A DNA stretch of 64,000 nucleotides from NCBI GenBank assembly GCA_052327205.1, contig CM126222.1, forward strand, positions 59,334,001 through 59,398,000, read 5' to 3'. Below the pieces are notes generated by a model. It saw only the letters and a program-made list of their open reading frames with translations, was not told where the DNA came from and searched no databases. Below are positions 48,543 through 59,823 of the stretch, one piece after another (position 1 is the first letter of the stretch; every line of letters begins with the position of its first letter). Made by a program: the position numbers and the translations under genes. This DNA is from Somniosus microcephalus. Its lineage: Eukaryota.

Positions 48543-50259
48543 ACTTAAAATGTACCAAACCGAACAGATTTGTTAGTAAATTAAAATCCCCGCGTCAACC
48601 TAAAAATTCTCCCTTTCCGACTCCAGATACAGTACCAACACATGTACAGTTTCTCCTCTTAATTCAAGGTTGCTTAATTCAAATTATCTGATAATTTAGT
48701 GTTTTAGCACCAAGTTCCCACTTTGCTGTGCTATTTACATTGCTTAATTCAAATTATTGCCTAATTCAAAATACTGCATATCAGAATATAATGCATCTGT
48801 TTTGCTGCATGCATCTGTGCAGTACTGTGCTGAGAAGCAGCATGGCTAGCCAAGTTACTGAGCTTCTACACCACTTTATTAACCAGTATGCCACTGTATT
48901 GGCCAGTATACTACTAGCACAATGGGAGGAAAAGAAAAATGGAAATTGAAGGCTAGCTATTCAGCATTTTATATTCGAAAAATGTAATTTGTTGAAATAC
49001 CACAATTCGCTAAGATGAAACATGAGTAAATTGCGGCATTAAATTACCTAATGGTGAGTAGATAGCAGTGATGTCTATAATTAAAAGCAAATGTGTGATA
49101 ATGTAGAAAGATGTGAAAAATGTGTTGTTTTATTTAGTTTTATTATCCACTGCCATCTCAGCTTACGGTGTCTCCTCCTATTACTGGGAGAATGAGAGGA
49201 TGTGTAATGCATTTCTCCATGGCTGCTGGCAGTGCCACTCTCTGTTCTGCCAACAGTAAGTTCCCTTCTGCAAGCTCCTCTCCATCAAGAAAGAGTGCTC
49301 CAACACCCACAACTTGCTCCATCTAGCAGCCCAGCTGAGAATTGGCAAACTCGCTAAGTGAGGGAAACTAAGTTTGAATGCAAGATAGGGGCACAATTCA
49401 AACTCTTGGCATCTAGCATGCAACTAACAGGCCACATGGTATATTTTTGTTGAACAATACAGGAATATTTAGTATTCCATATACAACACATTGTAAGTTA
49501 ACACCACTTCACAAGCATTTTGTTTCAAACCCAGCATTAATTAGTTCCGTTGAGATGGTTAATGCAAATAATCTCAACGCATCTTCAAAATTATTTGCTT
49601 TAACTATCTTCTATTCTAACTTTGTATTTAAAAGCAGCAACGTGGTGTGAAACTTCAAAAATAAAACTTGCCGCAGTCTTGCCTTTTTTTTTTGTTTTTA
49701 ATAGACAATTGTGTCTAAGGGTGAGCCACCAGATTTTGCATAACAACAGACCACCCAAAGGGATATATGGGGCCAAGTACTGTCACATGGGGCTGCCTAG
49801 CATATTAATGAGCACATTTACTGGGAAAAAACTGCCCACAGAAACCGCCAGTGAATAGATTATGCAGTGTGCATGATTTTGTTTCATGTTTCGGATAGTT
49901 TAATGGTTTATCCCATTGTGTTTCAGCGAATGGTCAAATTAGATAGGCATCGTCCAGATCAAAGCTGTGTCCTACTGGAAGCAAATTTTTTCATCTGTGT
50001 TTTTGCAGATGTTAGAGAACAACGCTGAACAAAAGCATTTTGTTGTTACAGATTCTTATGGACATCAAAAGAAAAGGATAACAGAAGCATGTGGGGAATA
50101 CAAGAACACTGTTTAAAATTTGAGTACTGAAAGTAAAAGTACCATAGAGTGAAAGTAATATACCTGAGTATGTATTGCATTAACATACAAACCCTGTTTT
50201 AATATGCTGAATTTGTTCAATAATGTGGCTTCTTTATGTGTATTAAGGAGACCATAAAC

Positions 50260-51982
50260 AATTTATATTTTAATACATTTCTTATTTATTGCAAACAATA
50301 ATATACAAAAGGCAAGTTTATTTTAAAGACAGGTCTTTCCAAACTCACCTAAAGGCAAAATATCTGATTTGATAGTTTTAAGTTACAGAAATACTTTAAT
50401 GTCCAACTTTTATACAGAAATAAGAGTTTCAGCCATATTACAGAGTAATTGAATTCTGTACTACTGAATCCCTATTACACTTTTCCAATAAAACTGTTAA
50501 CAAATATATATTTTTGAATGCCTGTTGTCTTTTTTAAAAAGCAATCTGTACAACCATGCCACAGCTTAATGAAAATAGAGTGAAAACTTTTAAGAGGTTT
50601 TTTGTAAATGTCAGGTAAAAAAAAGTTACAAAAAGTTTTTCATTTTCTCTAGTTAGCAAAAAGTAGTAGCTGAAGCAATTAGCAAATGCTGTAAACTACA
50701 TTTGCAATCTGCATATTCATGTGAAATCGATCTTCCAGTCTTTACACATTTCTGATTAGCTTAATAAAGTTGAGTTTATCTTTTAACATCCACACAACTG
50801 TACAGAAAGGAACTAAGTACAAGATGTAAAAAAAAATTACTTTAATAAGAAACTTTACAAGATAAATAACGTTCAGTTTTTAAACCATGTTTTGGGAGTT
50901 GACAATTTGAGCTCTTCCCCTCTGAGTACTAAAGCAGCAAATGGACACCCAAAGACAGGGGTACAACCTTCTCTGTTTTACTTGTGTAAGATAATAATTA
51001 CTGTTCGTAATGCTGTCTTGTTCAAATTTTGCAGTACCAATGAGGATTTGACAGTATTTAGACTTTCAAAGCTCTGGAAGTTGTTTTGCTGCTTGCAGTG
51101 TGCAAGACGTGTGCTGTACTCAGAGGGTTAAAAACACTTCCTGGATTTTTTTTATGCATAAGTTCTCATGCAGGAAGCTGGACGTCAGCTGCATATTCAC
51201 TACCTAATGCTTGGATGCTGTAGTTCTCAGCGTAGGAATGCTCAGAAACTCAATCCACCTCAATGTCTATTCCATTTCATAACACAACGTATGGCACCGT
51301 GTGTGTGGGGAGGCCTGGTAAAACTATCAGTACCTCTACAGTTAACAGAAAATGCCATTCCTGCTTTAAACTGGTATAAACAGTCACCAATCCCTTCCTT
51401 CTACTATATTCTGGCCTTAATCTGCTTTTTCTTTTTGACAGGAATTGCAGGAACATATTTTTCGAAAAGGACACTGTAAATAGAGTGAAAAAGATACTAT
51501 TTCATACAAAAATAGGTCTTATGGCAATAGCAAATGCAAACTGTTAAGTATTCTACCAAAAGTGGTTTGGCAATTGATCTTTGAAAATAAGAGCTTTTAT
51601 TCTCTAAAATATGTATAAATCCCCACACTGCAAATGGCAATGACTCATACACAGTACATACTAAATTCAAAAAAATTAAAGAAAATTCTCCTCACAGAGG
51701 ATTTCAATACTACAAAATAATAAGTCCAAACACAGGAAATGACCAAACCAGCTGACTTGACTGCTCAGACTTGTTCATTCAATGACTTGCCTTAACTTTC
51801 AGTCATGGAATGTTTGAACATTTTTTTTTCAATCAGTCACCAGTACTGAATGGACACAGCAAAGCACTTTGTGGTAGGACACTTCGGCTACTTCTCACAG
51901 CAGTTCATGTTAGTGCAGAGAGCACCTCTCTGTGGTCCTCATCAACCTCCTTTACGTACTCAAGTCTAGACCAGTGGGTCAA
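50260..51982 (-). other. SOX9: SOX9 3'UTR (~1.7 kb) with polyadenylation signals
   Basis: AT-rich region following the stop codon. On the minus strand: AATAAA at 50322-50317 and 50290-50285, ATTAAA at 50274-50269. Context TTGTATATTATTGTTTGCAATAAATA resembles the recalled human SOX9 mRNA end. The cleavage site is inferred. Confidence 0.75.
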
Positions 51983-52722
51983 TTAAGGTCTGGTCAGCTG
52001 TGTGTAGACTGGCTGCTCCCAGTGCTGCGGACTGTGGGTTTGGGGGATGGAAGGGACTCCCGTGGTGTCTGCAATGGGTGTGTACATGGGGCGCTGGGAT
52101 GGACTCATGTAGGTGAAGGTGGAGTACAGGCCTGTGGTCTGCCCCGCAGCGTGGCTGTAATAGGAATTGGTATTCTGGTGGTCTGAATATTCGTACTGGG
52201 TACGAGGAATGGATGGGTAAGATGAACTGTAGTGTTGCATATTGAAGGAGCCGTAGTTAATCTGCTGGGGCGAGTGCTGCTGCTCGTTGTAGTGGCTGGG
52301 GCTCAACTGCTCTGTCTTGATGTGTGTCCTCTGCTGCTGCTGTCCCGGCTCACTGGTGAGGCCCGTCATGGAATGCTGCTTGGACAGCCAAGGGTGGGCC
52401 GCCTGCTGGCTGACCGAAGTGCTGCTAATCCCGTAGCTGCCTGTGTAGGTGGCCTGAGCACTCTGTCCATGGCCGGCGTGGGTGACTGGAACTCCTGGGT
52501 GCCCATTGGGTGGGAGGTACTGGTCAAACTCGTTGACATCGAACGTCTCCATGTTGGACATGACCTCGCTGCTGAGTTCTCCAATGTCCACATTGCTGAA
52601 ATCAATGTGAGGCTGTCTCCCTCCTTCCTGCAGGGGGCGACCTTCACGTTTCAGGTCAGGTTTACCAGGCTGCACTTCTGTTTTGGGAGTGGTGGGAGGC
52701 GTCGGTGGTCCTTGAGATTGCC
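51983..52722 (-). CDS. SOX9: SOX9 coding exon 3 (K2 and C-terminal transactivation domains)
   Basis: Acceptor TTTCTGGCCCTTAG|GG at 52722. Translates [14 protein letters not shown]...[11 protein letters not shown]...[12 protein letters not shown]...[17 protein letters not shown], stop TAA at 51985-51983. The three exons sum to 1431 nt (476 aa plus stop), in frame. Confidence 0.97.
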
Positions 52723-52927
52723 CTAAGGGCCAGAAAAATAGAAGTCCATTTATTATTCCGACCTGCCACAGCTTACGTGTGCAACACATCCCAATCTCCA
52801 AACCAACTTACTACTCAATGTTTTTTTTTGGAAAAAAAGTTAGCAACTTAACAAGAGAGAATGCATTTCAGCTTTTGCCGTTATTTCTCAGTCTCAATCA
52901 CTATTTCCACACGTCTCTGCCCTTTAC

Positions 52928-53181
52928 CTGAGTGTTCTCCGGGAGAATGCACGTCGCTCATGCTGGAGGCGGAGTGCGGGGAGTCCGCCTGCAGGGCTTT
53001 GAAGAGCGCGTTGGGGGTGATGTGAGTCTGGTCGGCTCCTTCCTCGCTCTCGCCCTGCCCGTTCTTCACCGACTTCCTCCGCCTGGGCTGGTACTTGTAG
53101 TCGGGGTGATCCTTCTTGTGTTGCACCCTCAGGCGCTCGGCTTCCTCCACGAATGGGCGCTTCTCGCCCTCGTTGAGCAAT
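52928..53181 (-). CDS. SOX9: SOX9 coding exon 2 (rest of HMG box, C-terminal NLS RRRK)
   Basis: Acceptor TACAG|A at 53181 and donor G|GTAAAG at 52928. 254 nt. Translates [41 protein letters not shown]...SPGEHS. Confidence 0.97.
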
Positions 53182-54203
53182 CTGTAGCCAACCCGGAAAG
53201 CAAAAAAAAAACATTAATAACAATGCTCCCGATTTAAAAATAAAAAATAAAATCTATAGCGGCCAGCTTCAGCACCGTGTTGACGATAGGGGCGTTTGCA
53301 AAGCAGGAAATCACAATGTATGTGACATCAGTTTATGCATAATTCCAAAAACTTTTTTTTCCCCCAAACTGTTGCATTTATCTCAGAGCCAGTCAGCTCA
53401 GGCGTATCCCCAGGTTTCTGTCGGGACACGTTCAGCCAAAGCCGGTTTGGAGATGGGCTAAATGAACTGTGAAGGAATTCGAACGGATCGATTCTTTTTG
53501 GACAAGTCTCCTTTCCAATTACCGCGCGGCCAAGACAGGTTCAACTGGGACTCAACTCAAGAGAGAGAGAGAGAAAATCTCTCTTAAACCAACCAAACTC
53601 GTTCTGACGTCCAACCCTCCCCTGAGCAGACAGGCACCAACTTTCACCAGCAATAAAACGCGCCTGAACCCTTTTCCTTTCTGCACAGCTCGCCCCCAGC
53701 ACCAATCCATGCAAAGCACCGTCTGCGGTGAAGTTTTTGCACTCTCTAAATCTTTCCTGGCCTCAATGAGAAGATTGGTTTGGTTGCATTCTGCAAGCTA
53801 ACTCTTTCTTACTCGTTTGACGTACGACAACCAGTCTTTCTCTCAAATGCATTTATTTCCACGCGTGTTTGTTTCCACGATAAGACGTGCAAAAAAAAAG
53901 TCCCTCTGCATCCAAACTACTTCAGATACAACCCAGCGCTGTTTCAATCCAGGAGGAATGCCTTTTATCTATGTGCTTTACTGCATCGATCAAAGATCAA
54001 ACCATTCATTCTAAATAAAAAAATCCCATGTGTTGTACATTAAATAATTCATGCATATTATTTAGAAACAGGCTGGGGAGATTGGTTTTTGGAACAGATA
54101 CATAACGAGCATAAAAATGACCGTGCACCAAACTGCCACCTTCAATAATCTGCCATTTGCTAAACTTGATTGAGATGAAATGTGCAAAGTCAGGGTCACT
54201 CAC

Positions 54204-54640
54204 CTCCACAGTTTGCCCAGGGTTTTGCTGAGTTCGGCGTTGTGCAGATGGGGGTACTGATCTGCCAGCTTTCGGCGTGCTGCCTGAGCCCAGACCATGA
54301 AGGCGTTCATGGGTCTTTTGACATGAGGTTTGTTCTTGGACGAGCCATTAACACGGACGGGCATGGGCACCAGGGTCCAGTCGTATCCTTTCAGCACCTG
54401 GGTCACCGCCTCCCGGATACACGCCGGGAACTTGTCGTCGTCCTCTTTCTTGGAGTCCAGGCTCTGGGCGCACAGATCGTCCTGGCCGTTCTCGCCGGGT
54501 TTGGTGTTCTCGGCGTCGGAGCCAGCCCCAGATCCGCACGGGGAATCGGCCGATTCCTCCGACATGGTGGGGCTGGGCACATCGGAGAGCGTCTTTTCGT
54601 GTTCTTCTGTCATTTTCAGGAAGGGATTGAGGAGATTCAT
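54204..54640 (-). CDS. SOX9: SOX9 coding exon 1 (N-terminus, SoxE dimerization domain, first part of HMG box)
   Basis: Translates [16 protein letters not shown]...[27 protein letters not shown]...[43 protein letters not shown] at 54640, donor AG|GTGAGT at 54204/54203. 437 nt, phase 2. Confidence 0.97.
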
Positions 54641-54814
54641 GCAAAAAGAGGCGACTGCACTAGGCAACTGGAAGGAAATAAAATGGTAGTAGTGGAGAGC
54701 TTGCTTAATTTGTTCTCTCTCTCTCTCTCTCTGTGCGGAGAAACTTTCCAATCCGCTCGGAGTTGTAACCAAGTGGCTCTGCTGCTGGAACTCGGGCTGT
54801 CTGCTGAGTATATT

Positions 54815-54900
54815 TGACTTGCTAAATAGAGGGGCATAAACTTGCAGGCACCAATCGGAATAAACCGCCTACTGGTTTCCATCTGTGCAATTGGTTCAAA
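54815..54900 (-). promoter_or_regulatory. SOX9: SOX9 proximal promoter: CCAAT box, inverted CCAAT box, TATA-like element
   Basis: Minus strand shows CCAAT (54894-54890), ATTGG (54855-54851) and TATTTA (54828-54823), ~180-250 bp upstream of the ATG. Same order as the two CCAAT boxes and TATA-like box recalled for mammalian SOX9. Confidence 0.7.
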
Positions 54901-55079
54901 GTTATGGGAGGAGTCCAGGGGAAAGAAATCTCGGCTCAGCTGAGAAACCGAAGATCGATCAAATTTGAGTTCCAATTTTTTTCTTGACTTGAACTGATGT
55001 AATTAGATAAAGCGACAGATACCGGTAGCTTTAGCAGCAGTCTCCTTATGCTTTTACTGTGTTGTTATCTATACATGTA

Positions 55080-55102
55080 TGTGTGTGTGTGTGTGTGTGT
55101 GT
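55080..55102. repeat. (TG)n microsatellite upstream of the SOX9 promoter
   Basis: Seen directly. An (AG)n tract also lies in the 5'UTR (~54714-54732) and a (GA)n tract at ~60968-60988. Confidence 0.9.
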
Positions 55103-56453
55103 CTGCACATGGCGTGTGTTTCATTTGGAAGCCGCGTTATTTTGTAAACAGGAAATAGTTGAGCGTATTGTTCTCCGAAAGTCGGGAGGGTGAAGTTATT
55201 GCAGTTTATTTGAGAAAGTTTGCGCTGTTTTTGAAACACTTTCCCTCTTGAATGTGGCTTTGGTTTTTTTCCCCCCAGCTGCCGTTTAAACAGGTTTTGG
55301 CGATTTTAGAGTTTCGCCCGTTTGGCGATGCCAAGTGTAGACTTCAGTCTCACTGCGAGAATGCCATTCGGCTGGATCTAATCAAATTCCTCCAGTCACT
55401 ATAAATCAGGTGATGTCCCTGCTTGTTATGCAGTCCTCAGGATTAGTTAACACTGCAGGGAAGGTGCATGCAAAATTCCTCGGTGCCGGATAATGAAATG
55501 CCAGAGATAAAGGCGTGCAGTATGTACACGGTGCGCCGCTCCGCTCCTGCATTGAGTTTTGGGGGTCTGACCAGCAGCGAGATACTCGTGTGAGGAGGAC
55601 TGGGTCAGCAAGACTCGGGTCGCCATAGTCCGACTTAATGAACCTCTGATGGGCATCTTTCAGTGCGGAGAAATCAAAACTCGATAACCATGGCCGAACT
55701 TTAATTAAAAATTTAATTATATATAAATCAAATGCACAATCGAGCAGATGTAAAATGTCAGCAGCAAAGCAAAGATACAAATCAGTAAATACTTGATGTC
55801 TGGATACTGTTATATTATGCCATTGTTGCACATTGGGAATGACAGCATCCTTTATTAGCGCGCCCACTTGATACTGTATGGAAGTTCCGAGCTGGCTGCG
55901 TGTTTCATTAACATGTTTGTGTGTGTCAGTGCTGAACGCAGAGGCGCAGTTTGTGTCCTTTCGTGGCATGTGCGGATTTGTTCAAAAAATGCCCTGGTCC
56001 TCACCCTCCCCAATGAGTTACTTCTCGTATTGTATCTGAATCCTGTTAAAATGTCTGATCCACACGTTTTGTGCTGGAGACGGTGCTGATGCAACAGGCT
56101 GAAGCAATCTAATTGCGCGCTCTCCGAGCTTTGGTAACCAAAAAAAAGTTACTTCCAACAAATATTTAAAAAAAAACTGATGTGGTAAATAAATATTTGG
56201 AAGGCCCTAAATAACATATAGTGAGCAAGTTTATCTTCAGTGGGGAAGCTGGCGGCGCTTTGCAAAAAACAATGACCTGTGAAGTTGTGCTGGTGAGGCG
56301 ATGGGTCCTGTGATGAATCCAAATACTGTTGGATTTGGGGAATCCTTCCGTGGGGGTTTAATGTGGAAAATAATCCAAGCTTTCTTTGCGAGTGATTGCC
56401 CTCGGTGCGATGCAGAGCTGCAGTAGGATTCTGCCGCCCCCCCCCCCAACATA

Positions 56454-56486
56454 TATTTCAGATGAAACGCGAATCTTAATGCAATT
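56454..56486 (+). repeat. 33-bp exact direct repeat (second copy at 58375-58407)
   Basis: TATTTCAGATGAAACGCGAATCTTAATGCAATT occurs twice, identically. Confidence 0.92.
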
Positions 56487-59400
56487 TTCTGTAAATTGCA
56501 ATTAGCAATAACTGCAGATAAGAACACTCCCAGGCAGTATTGGCATAACCTTCTCCTAGTAATAATTGCATTGTATTCGCATTCAGTCCACCCTTGATAA
56601 AAACATATGGAGGTATGTTTTGGCCAAATAGATAGCTATTGCAGACAGGAACACTAAATCCTGATTAACATGTCTGCTTGAACACTATGCTTTGGGATTT
56701 TAATTGCAGTTTTCACGGAGCTAAGTAAATTAGTCACTTTAATGAGAGTTGTTAATATTCAGGACACGTTAGTAATGACTTTAATGGGTCTTTTGGATGT
56801 TGTGACTGAACGCCTTCTCGGCAACAATTGTGTTTTTGCTTTTCGTTATCAGAATAGTTTAACATGTTAAACCATTCCAGCCAGCGCATTTTATTTATTT
56901 CTCGGAAGTTCTTGTCAAGAGTTTAATTTTTTTTAAATCATCGAGCTCCTAAACTTCTTCGCATCGCTCTTATTTTCGAATTGAGATCTGTTTAAATCCA
57001 TTTTTGGATAAGTGTGAAAGGGCAGCAAACGCTGACAAAAAAGTCTTCTGATCGATGTCAAAAATATATTTCTAATAAAACCTCCCAAATTCGCCTTCAA
57101 GGAAATTAAGTTGCAATATTAATTTAATTTCGTTCCGATAAGATCCGTTTTGCAACGGTGGAACGTCAGACAAATAATTGTATTGCATGAGGTTTATTTT
57201 GAACGATATGGGAAATATTACATAATAAAACGATTGTGACTCATTTTATGGCTTTATGTTTACGAACGATCGTCTTGCCGGCACGAGTTTGTGGAATTGG
57301 CGAGTGCCTCCCCTTAAATATACCGACCGTGAAAAAAATCGCCTTAATTATCTCATTAATGACTGTTGTTTATCTTTGTTCGAGATAACGGCTTGTAAAC
57401 AAACTCGTGAATCCAGAACTTTTGGGGTGCAATACTATATTGTAACCAGAGGTGGCGCCACGTTCCCAAAAACTTCAGCAAGTTTTCTCAACTCATCCTG
57501 TAGGAAGGCGAGAGTGTGACTGTGTCAACCATTGATCGATAGAGGAATCACAACACGAGGAATTAACGACCTCCGAGATATGCTGCACTCGTTTGCTGGA
57601 CTGTTTTAACAAAAAGTGAGCACACTTTATTTTTTTTCGGTGCGGGGTCTTTTTGTTGAGCATCTGCCTTTTTTTTTCGAAAAAAGCCCAACATTAATGA
57701 CATTTCCAAGAAAAGATCCGCATTTTATTTTGTCTCCACTGCCAACATTTAGTTTGACTTTAGGAGAAAAAAAACCATTTAAATAAATGCAGAAGCAAGG
57801 GGTCGCGAATCTTGCAATTTCCCCAGCAAGAAATGAAAGGTGAATTTATATTCCAAGTACAGCATTATAATGCACCTTGTCACTCTGCATGTAAGTGACT
57901 GAACCCAACAACACGTAATCGCTCTGCATTGCCATATTTTGCTTGCGAAATTATAATTTAATTTCATATCACTGAATTGCAGTACTCCGATGTTACTTGC
58001 AATGCATTAGTTTTTAATAGTTCGTTAAATCTCAAAGTTCACGTTCAACCACCCGAAATATCTATTCAAAGAAATAATTATTTTAGCACTGATAAAATAT
58101 CGGCAAGCGTCTAAAGATGCAACAAACCGCAGAATTTATTTTGTTTTTACTGGCACCGTTTTAAAATATAAACATAACCAACATTTAAAGTACATCTTTG
58201 CATTTTGAAACACGCGACTAAATAGTATAAAGATAACATTAAATAAAGCTGCGATACAAACAATGTTCTGATAGATGCAAGCTGCTTAACAGAAAGCAGT
58301 TATAGTCCTTGCATATTAAGTCATGACAGAGTCAGTCAGTTCTCCGTTTTGTCTCCTGCAAGTCTGGTTAAATGTATTTCAGATGAAACGCGAATCTTAA
58401 TGCAATTGGTTCGCCTGACCAATCTTGCATGTACTGGAATGAACTCAGCTAGCTTTTTCTGATAACTTATAAAATAACCACAGATACAATATTTTAAGTG
58501 GTGGTGGGGTGGGGGGGACCCTTTATTACTTTACCATGTCACAGAATGGTTTACTTTTAAGGGGTTAATTAAAAATAAAGTAAGACGATATGGGCTAAAG
58601 ATCACAGCGATGCTTATCTAAAATTAAACTGACCACAAAGCCCTAACTCGGTGAGTAGTATTTTCATTATTGCAATTACAATACTCTGTTTCACCTTTGC
58701 TACCTTTATATTGCTTCTGCCTAAATTTGTTCGAGACAGAATTTTTCACTTTTTATAATCCTGTCAAATTTTAGAAATACGGATTCAGGGAATATTTTCA
58801 AAACAGCCTCATTTATATGTGTAGGCGTTTGCAATACATCTCTTCCCAGTTGTCGTTTTGTTATCCATGTACGGCACATGTTTTCTGAGGTAAGATCAAT
58901 AGGGTTACACGAGCCCCAAACCTGTGGTGCCCCTTTTACGGATATTGTCAATTTTGCAAAATCACCATCAATCAAATCGTGTCTGGATGGATGGGGGCAA
59001 TAATCATATCAATCCTCAACATTCTCGAGTTGATACACTCATTTGTGTAAAAAGTGACAACCGCGCGCTGGAAATACACACATTCATCACCCTCCTCGGT
59101 GTCAACCTTAGAGGACAGTGGTGAGTAATAGACTAATAAAAACTCGAAAGATAACGGAGGTTTTATCATGCTATATTTCAAGAAACACGCCTACAGATAC
59201 ATGCAGATAATTAGCGATTCCCAGTCATTCTATTATTATTTATCATCAACGAAATAAATGCATTTAGTATTAAATTGACAGAAAATAACATTTAACACCA
59301 ACTTTGCACAAAGGACGGTGATTTTAAGTCCCTGGGACAATACACTGTGTGTTGCCAGAATGATTCTGTCCTTCGTATGATTGTGCGGTTGCTTGGAGAT

Positions 59401-59711
59401 TGCTACCTGAGGTTAAGATTCACACAACGTAATCCACACTGTTTAGCTCTCTAAGAACGAGACTGAGATATTTCAACATTTACTGTACAATTAAGTGCGA
59501 TTTTTGCAGGGCAGAAAGTGCAAACGTCTGGGAGACACACAGTGAAGGAGTTTACAACAATGTAATAGAGTGGAAAGCAATGGGAGGAACATCGTGGATG
59601 GCAAGGTACACAGCTAACGTCACTTATGGAAATGATTTTCGTTTTTTCATTTCATGACCAATAGGCCAAGATCAAAAACTTTGGACTTCCAGGGTCGAGT
59701 CAGATTCGTGG

Positions 59712-59823
59712 AATATTGGCTTCACTGTTTGGGGAAGAGTTTAAAAAAAAACTTGGACACAGAGCCACCTTAAACGGCATGGCAGTATCACCTTGTAGAA
59801 TCTGAAAATTGTCCAGTCACTGT
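59712..59823 (+). repeat. 112-bp direct repeat, copy 1 (copy 2 at 60739-60850)
   Basis: AATATTGGCTTCACTG...CTTGGACACAGAGCCACCTTAAACGG...GAAAATTGTCCAGTCACTGT occurs twice at >90% identity. Confidence 0.92.

Noticed and set aside
51983-54640. SOX8 or SOX10 identity
   Set aside because: The N-terminus [11 protein letters not shown] and the C-terminus [14 protein letters not shown] are SOX9-type, and the UTR and promoter also resemble SOX9.
54641-54772. 44-aa N-terminal extension of SOX9 in the ORF track
   Set aside because: It starts at a non-ATG codon and runs through an (AG)n microsatellite. The conserved MNLL start is at 54640, so this is 5'UTR.
52232-54817. Long antisense ORFs over SOX9 (and over the Gypsy pol)
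   Set aside because: Expected shadows of GC-rich coding sequence.
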